Shown here: one piece after another, positions 23,685 through 33,981 of the stretch
Layout: each line of letters begins with the position of its first letter
How positions within the stretch are numbered: position 1 is the first letter of the stretch
From: an uncultured Methanosarcinaceae archaeon
GTDB lineage: Archaea; Halobacteriota; Methanosarcinia; Methanosarcinales; Methanosarcinaceae
DNA: 64,000 nt
Direction of reading: 5' to 3'
Assembly (NCBI GenBank): GCA_963733675.1
Contig: CAVTET010000004.1
Coordinates: forward strand, 750,082-814,081
The notes under the pieces: generated by a model
Seen by the model: only the letters and a program-made list of their open reading frames with translations
What the model was told of the DNA's origin: nothing
Databases searched by the model: none
Translations under genes and position numbers: made by a program

Positions 23685-24500
23685 ATGGATCTTACTGACA
23701 TACTAAGAGCTGTTAAAGAAGGGAAAATGGACATTAAGACTGCAGAAAAGCAGACCCGAGGTCTGGGTTTTGTCTCGTATGCAGACATTGCAAAACTTGA
23801 TGCCCATCGAAAAAGCAGGACAGGAATAGTCGAAGCTATCCTTGCCGACTGCAAGGAACCTGAGGACTTGGTGGAGATTACAAGAGTAATGGTTCTAGAA
23901 AGCAGAAGAGCCCTTATTACCCGTGTCTCTGCAAAGCATCTTGAAGCTTTAAGGGCAGCATTTAATCATGATAACATTGAGTGGAATAGTAGAGCTCGTA
24001 CAGTTGTTATCCATGACGGTACTCCCACACCTAAAACAGGTGGAGTTGTAGGAATTATATCAGCAGGCACAGCAGACATCCCAGTTGCGGAGGAGGCACG
24101 GATCGTTGCCTCGGAGATGGGCTGCGAAACTATCACTGTATATGATGTAGGAATTGCAGGAATTCACAGACTAATTCCTGAGATCCAGAAACTAAAAGCT
24201 ATGATGTTGGGAGCAATCGTTGTTGCAGCTGGGAGGGAAGGAACACTTCCCACAATAGTTTCTGGACTTATAGATGTACCAGTGATCGGGCTTCCAGTAT
24301 CTATAGGTTATGGGGCTGGAGGTGAGGGAAAAGCTGCCCTGCTGGCAATGCTCCAATCCTGCTCTACCATTGCAGTAGTGAATATTGACGCAGGTTTCGT
24401 TGCAGGAGCTTACGCAGCTAGAATCGCAAACATGGTTGCAGCTGCTGGTAAAAGAGAAAAAAAGGAACGACAGAAAAAAAAGGCAGTTAATGGCGAATAA
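23685..24500 (+). CDS. larB: Nickel-pincer cofactor biosynthesis protein LarB (AIR carboxylase-like)
   Basis: ISAGTADIPVAEEA, DVGIAGIHRL, AGREGTLP, PVSIGYG, VVNIDAGF. Confidence 0.92.
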   Translation: MDLTDILRAVKEGKMDIKTAEKQTRGLGFVSYADIAKLDAHRKSRTGIVEAILADCKEPEDLVEITRVMVLESRRALITRVSAKHLEALRAAFNHDNIEWNSRARTVVIHDGTPTPKTGGVVGIISAGTADIPVAEEARIVASEMGCETITVYDVGIAGIHRLIPEIQKLKAMMLGAIVVAAGREGTLPTIVSGLIDVPVIGLPVSIGYGAGGEGKAALLAMLQSCSTIAVVNIDAGFVAGAYAARIANMVAAAGKREKKERQKKKAVNGE

Positions 24501-24530
24501 ATTGAAACCAAAATCCAGGAAGTAGTATTT

Positions 24531-25736
24531 ATGAGATCACTTGTATTCAATCCTTTTTCAGGGGCATCAGGGGACATGATTCTGGGGTGTGCTATCGATC
24601 TCGGGGCTGACAGAAAAGCGGTCAAAGAACTGATAGAAGCTTCCATACCAGTCTCCTTAGATATTAGAGAAATTATAAAAAATGGAATAAAAGCTCTAGA
24701 CGTTCGGATAAATGTACCTGAAAAAGAGTCAATTCGCACATATCCAGAACTCTTGGATACTGTAAAGGCTGCGAAATTGCCTCGTCTGGTGGAGGCAAGT
24801 GCTATGGATATCTTTTTGAGAATGGCAGAAGCTGAAGCTTCAGTCCACGGACAGCCTGACCTTGAGAAACTTCATTTCCATGAAATGGGACAAAGTGATA
24901 CCCTTGCCGATGTAATTGGTTCTTCGGTAGCTATCCATACCCTCAACTGCGATTCTATTTATTGCACCCCTATAAATGTTGGCAGCGGAACGAGGGAATG
25001 TGCACATGGGAGTCTGCCTGTGCCAGCCCCTGCTACACTTGAACTTCTAAGAAGAGGAAAACTCTATTTCAGAGGTGGTAGTGAAAAAAATGAACTTCTA
25101 ACTCCTACAGGTGCTGCTATCCTAGCCCATTTCGCAATGCCTGTTGAAGCTTTTCCTCAGGGAAGGGTGATTTTAATAGGCTATGGGGCTGGAGATTCCG
25201 ATTTAGATGGGCCCAATGTGCTTCAGGGAGTGCTATCTGAACTTGATTCCTGCCTTATCCCGGATGTAATTGAGATGCTCGAAACCAATGTTGACGATGT
25301 TAGTGGAGAAATCCTGGGTAACCTTTTCGAGGAACTGCTCGAGATGGGGGCAAAAGATATTGTAATTATCCCCGCAATCATGAAAAAAGGCCGACCTGCT
25401 CATGTTATCAAGGTTATTGCAAAGCCTGAGGACACTGCAAAACTTGCCCGAAAAATAATTACCGAAACAGGTTCTCTAGGAATAAGGGTAGTCCCAACCA
25501 GGCACAGGCTCATTGCTGCCCGAAAAATTGAAGTTATTAAATTTGAGGTCGAAGGGCAATTATATGAAGCTGCTGTCAAGATTGCCAGGGACTCGGAAGG
25601 GATTTTACTCAATATCTCTGCTGAGTTTGAGGACTGTAAGAAAATCGCAAAAACTAGTAGTGTTCCTATAAAAGAGGTAATTAGAAAGGCAGAGGGAGCT
25701 GCAAAAATCCTTTTTTCTAGAATTATTGAGAAGTAA
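24531..25736 (+). CDS. larC: Nickel insertion protein LarC
   Basis: SGASGDMILG, HFHEMG, CAHGSLPVPAPAT, ELLTPTGAAIL, LETNVDD, MKKGRP, ETGSLGIR, AEFEDC. Confidence 0.93.
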   Translation: MRSLVFNPFSGASGDMILGCAIDLGADRKAVKELIEASIPVSLDIREIIKNGIKALDVRINVPEKESIRTYPELLDTVKAAKLPRLVEASAMDIFLRMAEAEASVHGQPDLEKLHFHEMGQSDTLADVIGSSVAIHTLNCDSIYCTPINVGSGTRECAHGSLPVPAPATLELLRRGKLYFRGGSEKNELLTPTGAAILAHFAMPVEAFPQGRVILIGYGAGDSDLDGPNVLQGVLSELDSCLIPDVIEMLETNVDDVSGEILGNLFEELLEMGAKDIVIIPAIMKKGRPAHVIKVIAKPEDTAKLARKIITETGSLGIRVVPTRHRLIAARKIEVIKFEVEGQLYEAAVKIARDSEGILLNISAEFEDCKKIAKTSSVPIKEVIRKAEGAAKILFSRIIEK

Positions 25737-25853
25737 TAAACAAAAAATTGTGCTGTTTTGATACCAGAAAATTCCAGATAATTGAAAAAATTCAAGAAAA
25801 GTAAAAATTTAAATATGGAGGATTTTAACTCCTTTTATTTCTCTATATAATAT

Positions 25854-26882
25854 TCAGAGTTTGCCCATAGAATGCAGTAGTTCTGCATTCAGGACACTTG
25901 CCCCTGCAGCTCCACGGATTGTATTATGTCCCATTGCAATGTAGCGGATTCCTTCTCTTATCCGGCCCACTGATACACTCATACCTTTTCCCATATTGCG
26001 ATCAAGGCGCGGCTGAGGTCTGTCTATTTCATCTCTTACGATGAGGACTTTTTTGGGTTCGGAAGGGAGTTCTTCCATTTTAGGGTCGAATGTTAGGAAA
26101 GCTTCCCTTACTTCTTCAGGCGCTGGTTTGTCTATCATCCCGGCCCATATAGCTTCTGTATGCCCATCTACAACTGGAACTCTGTGGCAGGAAGCGCTTA
26201 CTTTTATATCTGCAGGCACGATTGCTGAGCCATTAAACTCACCGAGGAGTTTCAATGTTTCAGTCTCCATTTTCTGTTCTTCGCTCCCGATGTAGGGAAT
26301 TACGTTATCGTAGATTGACATTGCGGAAACTCCGAAAAAACCTGCCCCTGATATCGCTTGCATTGTAGCTACATGTATGGTCTCAAGTCCAAAATGCATC
26401 AGAGGTTTTAATGTCAGAGCCATGACGATAGTAGAGCAATTGGGGTTTGTGATAATATATCCATCCCATCCCCGTGTATCCTGCTGGACTTCTAGAAGCC
26501 CCAGATGTTCTGGATTTACTTCGGGGATCACAAGGGGAAAATCCGCTTCCATCCTGAAAGATGACGCATTGCTTGCCACTGCAAATCCGGCTTTTGCAAA
26601 CTCTGGCTCGACGATGAGAGCAAGATCTGCAGGAAGTGCAGAAAAAACCACGTCCGCATCTACGGCTTTTGGGTTTACAGGAGAAATTTCAATATTTTCA
26701 ACGCTTTCTGGCATAGCTGTATCTAATTTCCAGCCTGCTGCTTCTTTGTATTTTTTGCCGGCGCTTCTTTCTGATGCTGCAAGGGCTGTAATCTCAAACC
26801 ATGGATGATTTGCCAGTGCTTCTACAAATCTCTGCCCAACAGCGCCTGTAGCGCCCAAAATACCCGCTTTAATTGCTACCAT
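25854..26882 (-). CDS. asd: Aspartate-semialdehyde dehydrogenase
   Basis: [44 protein letters not shown]. Confidence 0.97.
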   Translation of the reverse strand: MVAIKAGILGATGAVGQRFVEALANHPWFEITALAASERSAGKKYKEAAGWKLDTAMPESVENIEISPVNPKAVDADVVFSALPADLALIVEPEFAKAGFAVASNASSFRMEADFPLVIPEVNPEHLGLLEVQQDTRGWDGYIITNPNCSTIVMALTLKPLMHFGLETIHVATMQAISGAGFFGVSAMSIYDNVIPYIGSEEQKMETETLKLLGEFNGSAIVPADIKVSASCHRVPVVDGHTEAIWAGMIDKPAPEEVREAFLTFDPKMEELPSEPKKVLIVRDEIDRPQPRLDRNMGKGMSVSVGRIREGIRYIAMGHNTIRGAAGASVLNAELLHSMGKL

Positions 26883-26976
26883 CTAAAAGCTCCCTCCAAC
26901 GAGAGAAGAAATAATCTGATAAAAGAGAAAAAGAAAAAAATTGGATAAAAAAAATTATTCCAAGTTAATTATCATT

Positions 26977-27159
26977 TTACTCTTCTACCTTGATTGCCTG
27001 GCTAGGACATGCCTCTTCGCATGCACCACAATCTACACATTCATCCTGGTTGACAACCGCACAACCTTTTTCTTCATCAAGGGTAATTGCTTCAGAGGGA
27101 CACTCATCGACGCAGCTTCCACATCCAGAACATTCATCTGCATTAACTATCGCTGGCAT
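26977..27159 (-). CDS. 2x[4Fe-4S] ferredoxin
   Basis: [12 protein letters not shown] and [12 protein letters not shown]. Likely start MPAIV at 27159. Confidence 0.93.
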   Translation of the reverse strand: MPAIVNADECSGCGSCVDECPSEAITLDEEKGCAVVNQDECVDCGACEEACPSQAIKVEE

Positions 27160-27733
27160 TTTTTTCACGCTCCTATTTATTACTCGATATGTCCCTGGAA
27201 ATTAGATATGCTGTTTTTGAAACTTCCATAGAATATCGAAAAGTTTGGTCATAACGCCATAGATAGATAAACATAAAAACTTATCGCTTTTTAGCAAAAG
27301 GCACCTTTAGAAATCAGGATGTAGGTCGGCATATACTATATATAGTTCATCTCTAGATATATGTAGAACAGAAGAGAAATTGGAAAATATTTATTCAACA
27401 CATAGGGTCATGCATAGCAATTCCGGGATCTTTAAACCATAAATTTCATTTTCTAACTTCAAAAATCCTTCTTTGAGCAGAAAATCCATATGGAACTTAA
27501 AGAAGAAATCGTCTAATGACTATTTCTGTGATTTTTTTTCAGACTTCCAGAAGACCTCAACTATCCTAATTAAATCTTCTTTATGAAGGATTTATAGATA
27601 CCTTTTCCATTTTTTATATGTTCTATTTTTACATCTTTACCTTCAAAAGTTCACCTTTTTTACCGAAATAGGTGTCAATCTAGTCAATATTCTAGTTCGT
27701 ATCAAAATTTCACATCTTTTTTGATGATTTAAG

Positions 27734-27822
27734 AGGATTTTGAGAAACCCCTAAATTTCATCATATGTATATAAATGTAATATAAATGACTTGTGAAAAT
27801 CAAAGGTTTATCGAAATCTTTT
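27734..27822. mobile_element. ~90-bp MITE-like element with IS5-like ends
   Basis: gaggattttgagaaacccctaaattt…aaggtttatcgaaatctt. Homologous copy at 41985-42072. Confidence 0.6.
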
Positions 27823-28269
27823 TAAATGGAACTTCTTCAAAGTCCCGAAGAGACTAACTGTAATTATTATTCATAATATTAAGTCATAAATCTTAATTCA
27901 CTTTAAGTTAGGTAATTCTATTCTGTAGTCATCTTTATATTATAAATTAATTTATTTTTACATTTATCAACAACCTATTTTCACTCAAAATGAACACATT
28001 GATAATTCTTACCTTTGCATTTTTAATTTATCCATTTTCGTTTTAGTTTTCAATACCTTCATTGATTTTACTTTAATATTTTTGTCCCTCGAACAAAATA
28101 GAACTTACCATTAATAAATAGCATGAATCCAGTTTTTCTAATCAGAAAATTATTATGAACACTTTATTCTGCTCACTCTTGGCATCATTCTCAGATCATT
28201 ATCTTAATTTAAAACTTTTACAATTTCCCAAGCATCAATTCTCTTCAATAGATTATGGTACTCCAGTAT

Positions 28270-28558
28270 CTGTGAGAGTACAAAAAATAGAGCAATATCG
28301 ATTACCATTATTATTGCCCTGGAAATTAGGTGACAAACACTTTTAAATTATGCATTGAGATTACATCTATCAACATGAAATTAACAACAATAAAATATCG
28401 TTTATGTAGTTAGTGAGATAAACAACCAGATGCTTTAAATCTTATTTTTCCCTGACAGTTTAACTTGTTTTGCTAACAGACTGAGCAATCCCTATTTTTA
28501 ATTGGGAAGAAAAAGATACAGAACCAACTACATTTTACAGGACTTTCGGTATACTGCC
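28270..28558. mobile_element. Family A IS remnant (end plus ~290 bp), inverted homolog of 50860-51160
   Basis: Reverse complement begins ggcagtataccgaaagtcctgtaaa and shares tattttattgttgttaa…catgttgatagatgta…ctaatttccagggcaa with 51021-51105. Confidence 0.7.
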
Positions 28559-28561
28559 AGA

Positions 28562-28750
28562 ACTATATAATTATTATTTTCTTATTTTTCGATTTACGAC
28601 GGTTGTTTAGGCTAATTAGTTCCAAATGTTCCATGAGCTCCATATGCTATAGGAGTTCCAAAAGTTCCAGGAGTCATATATCAGTAACCTTTTCTTATTA
28701 CTGATGGCAGTTAGGAAATCCAGAGATTTAATCACAAAAAACTGTGTATG
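28562..28750 (-). repeat. Dispersed element with 9-nt periodic core (GGAACTCCT/GGAGCTCAT/GGAACATTT), copy 1
   Basis: Homologous to 58894-59075 and 62873-63025. Confidence 0.85.
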
Positions 28751-28959
28751 GGAAAAAAGACATGAATTAAGAGAAGAAAAAGGGAAGTTGGCGAGAAATA
28801 GCTTAATGATTGGTTGTTAGAATATTTACAACAATAAATCTCATTTTTCTCATATCTTTTCTATATGGAAGGAGAACCAAGTCATTAAGGTAATTAATAC
28901 ATCATGAAACAGCCAAAAGAGCTCGTAAGATTCAAAACCTGAATTGCATTCTGTGATGG

Positions 28960-30132
28960 TTACCAGAGATCACCCTGCAAGATCGCCTGGGTTTTGTCGT
29001 TTGTACTTTTGTTCATTTTTTTAATCTTTATCAAATACTCTTCTTCGACAGCTTGAGGCTCTTCAAAAATTACATCAACCCCAAGTCTTTTAAGGTAATC
29101 TTCGAAATCTTTTACAGTTTTTAAGTCTCTTACCCGGATCTTTGCCTCTTCATAGAGCCTCTGGCCATCCTTTACACCCCTAATTGATTCTCTGAGTGGA
29201 CTCAGTATGCTTTCCCCTAATTGCATACAGCGTTTTTTGAACTCTTCCTCATTTTCTTTCCACTCTACTGTCTGAAAACCTTCTCTGACAATGCGGGAGA
29301 GCATATAGTCTCTGCCAGTATCATTGTAGAATTTAAAAGCATGCCTGAGATCCGAGCAATTACTCTGGGAAGAAGTATATTTCAATTGAGAAAGAACCAT
29401 TTCAGGATCTTTTATTACGACACCTTCATGCTCTTTTTCCCCAAGTTCCAGGATGATTTTTTCGATTTCTCTGGGAACATTTTCCATGAGAATTTCCCCA
29501 AAAAATCTTACCTGGAAAAAACCATATTTTTCCAGAATTTTCTGCTTTTTGTATATCTTAAGAGGCTTACCACTGTTTTTCTCCCGAATGTCGAATATAT
29601 AAAATTCTACAGATTCGACGTTATAGATATCTTTTGAGATATAAGGATTATCAGGCCCTATCATTTCTCCGTAAAGTACAAGTTCCGGAAAATCGTCAAA
29701 AAAATTCAGATTCAATTTCTCTTTCGCTTTTTGGGTTGTATAAGGGCAGATATATCCACTTCGGGTAATTGCAATTATCTCCCCATTTGCAATTGCTATC
29801 CGAACATTGTATCCATTCATTTTTTCTTCTAAGACTATCTTCTGAAGGCCGAAGAAGTGCCTTTTAATAGTAGGATCCAGTACCATAGCTCTCCGAATCT
29901 TGGGAAAGCCAGTGATTATTTCGAAAGAGTTGCCTTTCTCATAAAGAACCGTACCCCTCTCGATATGGGAAATTTCCTTGTCGAAACGGAGCAAATGCTC
30001 GTATTTTCCCCAGTTCCAGGCAAGATAATTTTTCTCAAAAAGGTTATGAACCTTCTCCTTATCAAATCCAAGGCAATCAGCAAGTCGAGCTACAAATTCA
30101 GGATCATTTTTCTCATTAACCTCTCTACTCAT
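28960..30132 (-). CDS. ATP-dependent RNA ligase, Pab1020/Rnl3 family
   Basis: GFPKIRRAM, motif I EEKMNGYNVRI, TRSGYICPYTT, GEMIGPDNPY, FYIFDIR, EGVVIKD, KYTSSQSN. Confidence 0.92.
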   Translation of the reverse strand: MSREVNEKNDPEFVARLADCLGFDKEKVHNLFEKNYLAWNWGKYEHLLRFDKEISHIERGTVLYEKGNSFEIITGFPKIRRAMVLDPTIKRHFFGLQKIVLEEKMNGYNVRIAIANGEIIAITRSGYICPYTTQKAKEKLNLNFFDDFPELVLYGEMIGPDNPYISKDIYNVESVEFYIFDIREKNSGKPLKIYKKQKILEKYGFFQVRFFGEILMENVPREIEKIILELGEKEHEGVVIKDPEMVLSQLKYTSSQSNCSDLRHAFKFYNDTGRDYMLSRIVREGFQTVEWKENEEEFKKRCMQLGESILSPLRESIRGVKDGQRLYEEAKIRVRDLKTVKDFEDYLKRLGVDVIFEEPQAVEEEYLIKIKKMNKSTNDKTQAILQGDLW

Positions 30133-30334
30133 ATCTAATTATCTATATTCAGACCTGAAATAAGTTATCATTCACATATCAATTTGGATATAATTAATAA
30201 TTATAATTAGCACATAATTAATTAAAAAAATTAGCTTTGATCGACAACTTACAGATACGACTAAAAAAAGAACAAGGAGAAACTAAATAAAAAAAGCTAA
30301 AAATAAAAAATGAGTAGATTCCTGAGAAATCTTC

Positions 30335-31195
30335 TCAGAACTGCATGGATCTCAGGCGTTTGACCCTATCTTCGGTTTGAGGGTGGGTGCTGAAAAGAGA
30401 CTGGATAATTCCTCCCTTGAGGGGATTAACAATAAACATATGTGCACTACTTTCCTTTGGTTGCACATCTGAGGTTTTTGGCTTGTAGTTGGAGTTCCCA
30501 TATTCTAGCTTTTCCAGAGCATCAGCAAGTACCCAGGGTTTCCGACAAATTCGAGCTCCTTCAGAATCAGCTGCATATTCTCTTGACCTTGAGATTGCTA
30601 GCTGGATCAAGGTTGCAGCAAGCGGTGCCAGGAATATCATCGCGATAAAACTTACTATTCCCCCTTTATCATCACTTCTGCCACCAAGGCCACCGAAAAT
30701 CGCAGCCCACTGTGCCATACTAGCCATCATCGTTATGACACCCGCAATTGTCGCAGCCACTGAACTGATGAGTGTATCTCTGTTCATTACGTGTGCAAGC
30801 TCATGTGCCAGCACGCCTTCGATCTCTTCATAAGAGAGTAGGTTCAGAATACCTGTCGTAACGGCTACAGCTGCATTCTTCGGATCCCGGCCTGTTGCAA
30901 ATGCATTTGGCATCCCAGAATCTACAATATATACTTTGGGTTTTGGCAGTTTCGCTTTAATAGCTAGTCCATCGACGATCCTGTGCAGGTTTGGGGACTC
31001 TGTAGGGGAGACCTCTCTTGCCCTATACATCTTGAGTACTATCTTATCGCTGTACCAGTAGCTACCGAAATTGATGATTACTGCAAATAGTAATGCAATG
31101 ATCATTCCACCCCTACCACCAAAGTAATTTCCTATCAGAACCATAAGACCTGTAAGAGCAGCAAGCAAAATTGTAGTTTTTAACATGTTTTTCAT
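30335..31195 (-). CDS. htpX: Zinc metalloprotease HtpX
   Basis: [15 protein letters not shown] (HExxH), [16 protein letters not shown]. Confidence 0.96.
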   Translation of the reverse strand: MKNMLKTTILLAALTGLMVLIGNYFGGRGGMIIALLFAVIINFGSYWYSDKIVLKMYRAREVSPTESPNLHRIVDGLAIKAKLPKPKVYIVDSGMPNAFATGRDPKNAAVAVTTGILNLLSYEEIEGVLAHELAHVMNRDTLISSVAATIAGVITMMASMAQWAAIFGGLGGRSDDKGGIVSFIAMIFLAPLAATLIQLAISRSREYAADSEGARICRKPWVLADALEKLEYGNSNYKPKTSDVQPKESSAHMFIVNPLKGGIIQSLFSTHPQTEDRVKRLRSMQF

Positions 31196-31659
31196 GACTT
31201 CTCACACAACGTCCTCTCAGGCTAATTGCCCGGGCTTTCAGTCTTTGACTCTTATTCCTAAACTCATTTTAATAAATTAAACAGATTGAAATGGATATTA
31301 TATTTCCAACTACAAATATATTTTGTTATCTCTCATTATGAAGATTGACACAATTGTACTATTTATAGTTCCTTATTTGTCCCAAAATATTTCTGAATTT
31401 CATAAAAACGAAAGATCAATTCTCAAAAGTTGGAATTTCATCTATGCAAAGAACATTTCATACATTTTTTTTACATACCCTATGTTCTAAACTCTTATAA
31501 CAAGTAATACCTATGTTTGAACATATTTACATTCGATGTATTTGAGTAACAGTTTTGTTTGAAAACGGGCTACTTGTTGAACTCAGAATATAAATTCATA
31601 CATTGAAAGAAATTAATTATTTGGTTGATTTATTCAATCAAAGTCGAGGTTACTTACCC

Positions 31660-32290
31660 TTCTGCAAGCAACTTGATATGTTCACCCCAATGCTCTGGGT
31701 ATAAAGAAATTATTCAGATTCAAATATTTTCACTTGCTCATATGCTTCTTTTTCGTCCTGGTTTTCCTGATTTTCGATATAGTTTTTAATTACCTCGGAA
31801 GTCGCACAATTATTCACAGTTCCAATGTAATTTCCATCATTCCACAGTTCACAACCAAATAACTGTTTTTAGTCTCAGAGTACTATTTAAAGACATTTCT
31901 AAGACATTTCTTGCTGTATACGTTTTCTAATCTACATAACTCTTGAAGTAGAATATTTTGGTTCACAACAACGAAAAGATGCACATAATTACTATAATTA
32001 CTTCACATTTACTATAATTACTTCACATCAAACTTAACACAGCGAGTTTTACCAATTTCAAAGTATATGTGTCTCAAATAATTTATTATGTCGTTGTCTA
32101 AAAGAAATTTTTATGATAGTTCGTAAAAAAACTATTTGATATCTTATTTTGTATGCACAATGGTTTACATTCTGTAGTTCCATTTTTATAGTGCAAAGGT
32201 AGCTTAAGATATAAATCAGTTAATTAATAACGTTTCTTGAGTAAGTTTCCATCCTCAAAGCAAAATTTTGGTATTCGACGGAAATAAAAG
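31660..32290 (-). mobile_element. IS200-type TnpA (Y1) pseudo-element, copy 1
   Basis: ATG 32183 MELQNVNHCAYKIRY…, degenerate HUH region and ELWNDGNYIGTV, many stops. Degenerate end hairpins near 31660 and 32250. Confidence 0.75.
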
Positions 32291-33009
32291 AGAATAGGTC
32301 GTGATTTTGAGTTATGGTCGCGATCTTGAGTTATTAATCTCTTATAATATGTTATGGATTCTATTATGATTTGGAGGAAGTTAAACTTACTTATGAAATA
32401 AGTTTTTCAGAATTTTGTTGCCGTAATTATTCAGCCAACCTAAAATCAGTTAGAAAATATCTATTTCAATTCAATAGATACTTTTGATTACGGACATATG
32501 AACTAAAAAATACAATCTTTAGCCTACAGTTAAAGAAAATAAGCCCACTTAAATTTGCTTAATGAATCTTATTAAATATGGCTATTAACACTGTTTTATC
32601 CAGGCTGAAAAACTACGCTGGAATAAAGATTATCCGAATTTCAGTACTTCAACAACTAGCTCAGATGCTAAGTAAAATTTCATCCATTTGAACAATTTGG
32701 CAAAAAGTATATGACTAAAATGATTCCTCAAATGCTCTCTCAATCATTTTTATTTCAATAATAAAGTTAATCCACAAATTATTTTAATATATGTATCAAA
32801 ATGAAGATATTTCAGTCTCATAAACTTCCCCTTTCGAATTTCTCCCTTTTGATATCCTGTTTCATCGGTCATATATCTCTTCATTTTTAATAAGACACCT
32901 TATAATTTTGGTAATTTTTCTTTCTAGATCATAATTGCCTTTGAGTGTCAAATGATTTCTTTTTTCGGTTAAAAACTTTTTTAATTTGTTCTTTTTTTTC
33001 ATGCTTTAC

Positions 33010-33420
33010 TTTATGAGAAAATAACAAATTAGAGAAATGATTTTCAACACAAACTCTCTATTAAACTTGTTAACTAGAACCAAGCAATAGCTGTTGAAAC
33101 TTTGAATGTTAAAGGCATAAGTAAGAATCACCATTTAGCACGGTCTATAGGTGTTAGACATGGAGGAGTTTTGTAACAAAATAAGAATATAAATCAGAAT
33201 AGTCAGGAAAAACCATTCTTATGGTCGGTAAATTTGAACCATCATCTAAGATCTGTCATGTTTGTAGATACCATAACTCTGAGCTAACACTAAAAGATAG
33301 AGAATGGAAATGTCCTGATTGCAAGACAAAACATGAAAGAGACATTAAGAGACATTAATACTACAATTAACATCACAAAAATCTGCTTTCATTGATCAAA
33401 ATCTAATTGAAATCTGATAC
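33010..33420 (+). pseudogene. IS200/IS605 TnpB C-terminal remnant
   Basis: RNDFQHKLS…AIAVETLNVKG…NHHLARSI…EYKSE…FEPSSKICHVCRY…REWKCPDCKTKHERDI (RuvC-II, Zn ribbon, RuvC-III), with in-frame stops. Confidence 0.85.
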
Positions 33421-33514
33421 CCTTGGAATGCGGAGGATGGGCTTATGGACTTGTTTTCAAAAGAGAAAGGAATGAACCAAGAAGTTACTTAGTCTTCAGC
33501 TGATTGGTAGTCCA
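33420..33514 (+). mobile_element. Degenerate IS605 right end / omega-RNA scaffold region
   Basis: Directly follows tnpB and ends …gaaccaagaagttacttagtcttcagctgattggtagtccag, resembling IS200/IS605 right-end hairpins. Confidence 0.55.
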
Positions 33515-33981
33515 GGAATGTCAATGCATGTCCCAGAAAATCTAACAGTTCTTTAGATCCAAAAGTCTATATAGTTGTGATTATCAATCTATGTCCATAG
33601 GGTTTTGATAAATTATATGGCAAAAAAGATATATAGTTGTTAGCGCCACTGCATGGCCGATCATAATAAAGAAGATATTCCTTAACTTATGTAAAAAAAT
33701 ACAATATTGCCGACTTATTGAAAAAACATAGCCCCCCTAAATTATATAAGAAACAGAAACTTTGACTAGAAAGGATTGATTGCAATTTAGGAAATTTTTT
33801 TACAAACAATTATCCCCGATTGTTAAAGTGGATTTTGGGGCTGTCCTTCGCTTTAAGCACAAAATCGGGTGATTATCAGCACTAAAATTAAATTATAGAA
33901 CACAAAGAAATCTTATCAGATTTTTATTATTTTAGAAAATAAATCTGAAAAAGTACAAAACCCAGATTACGCGTGATAGTA

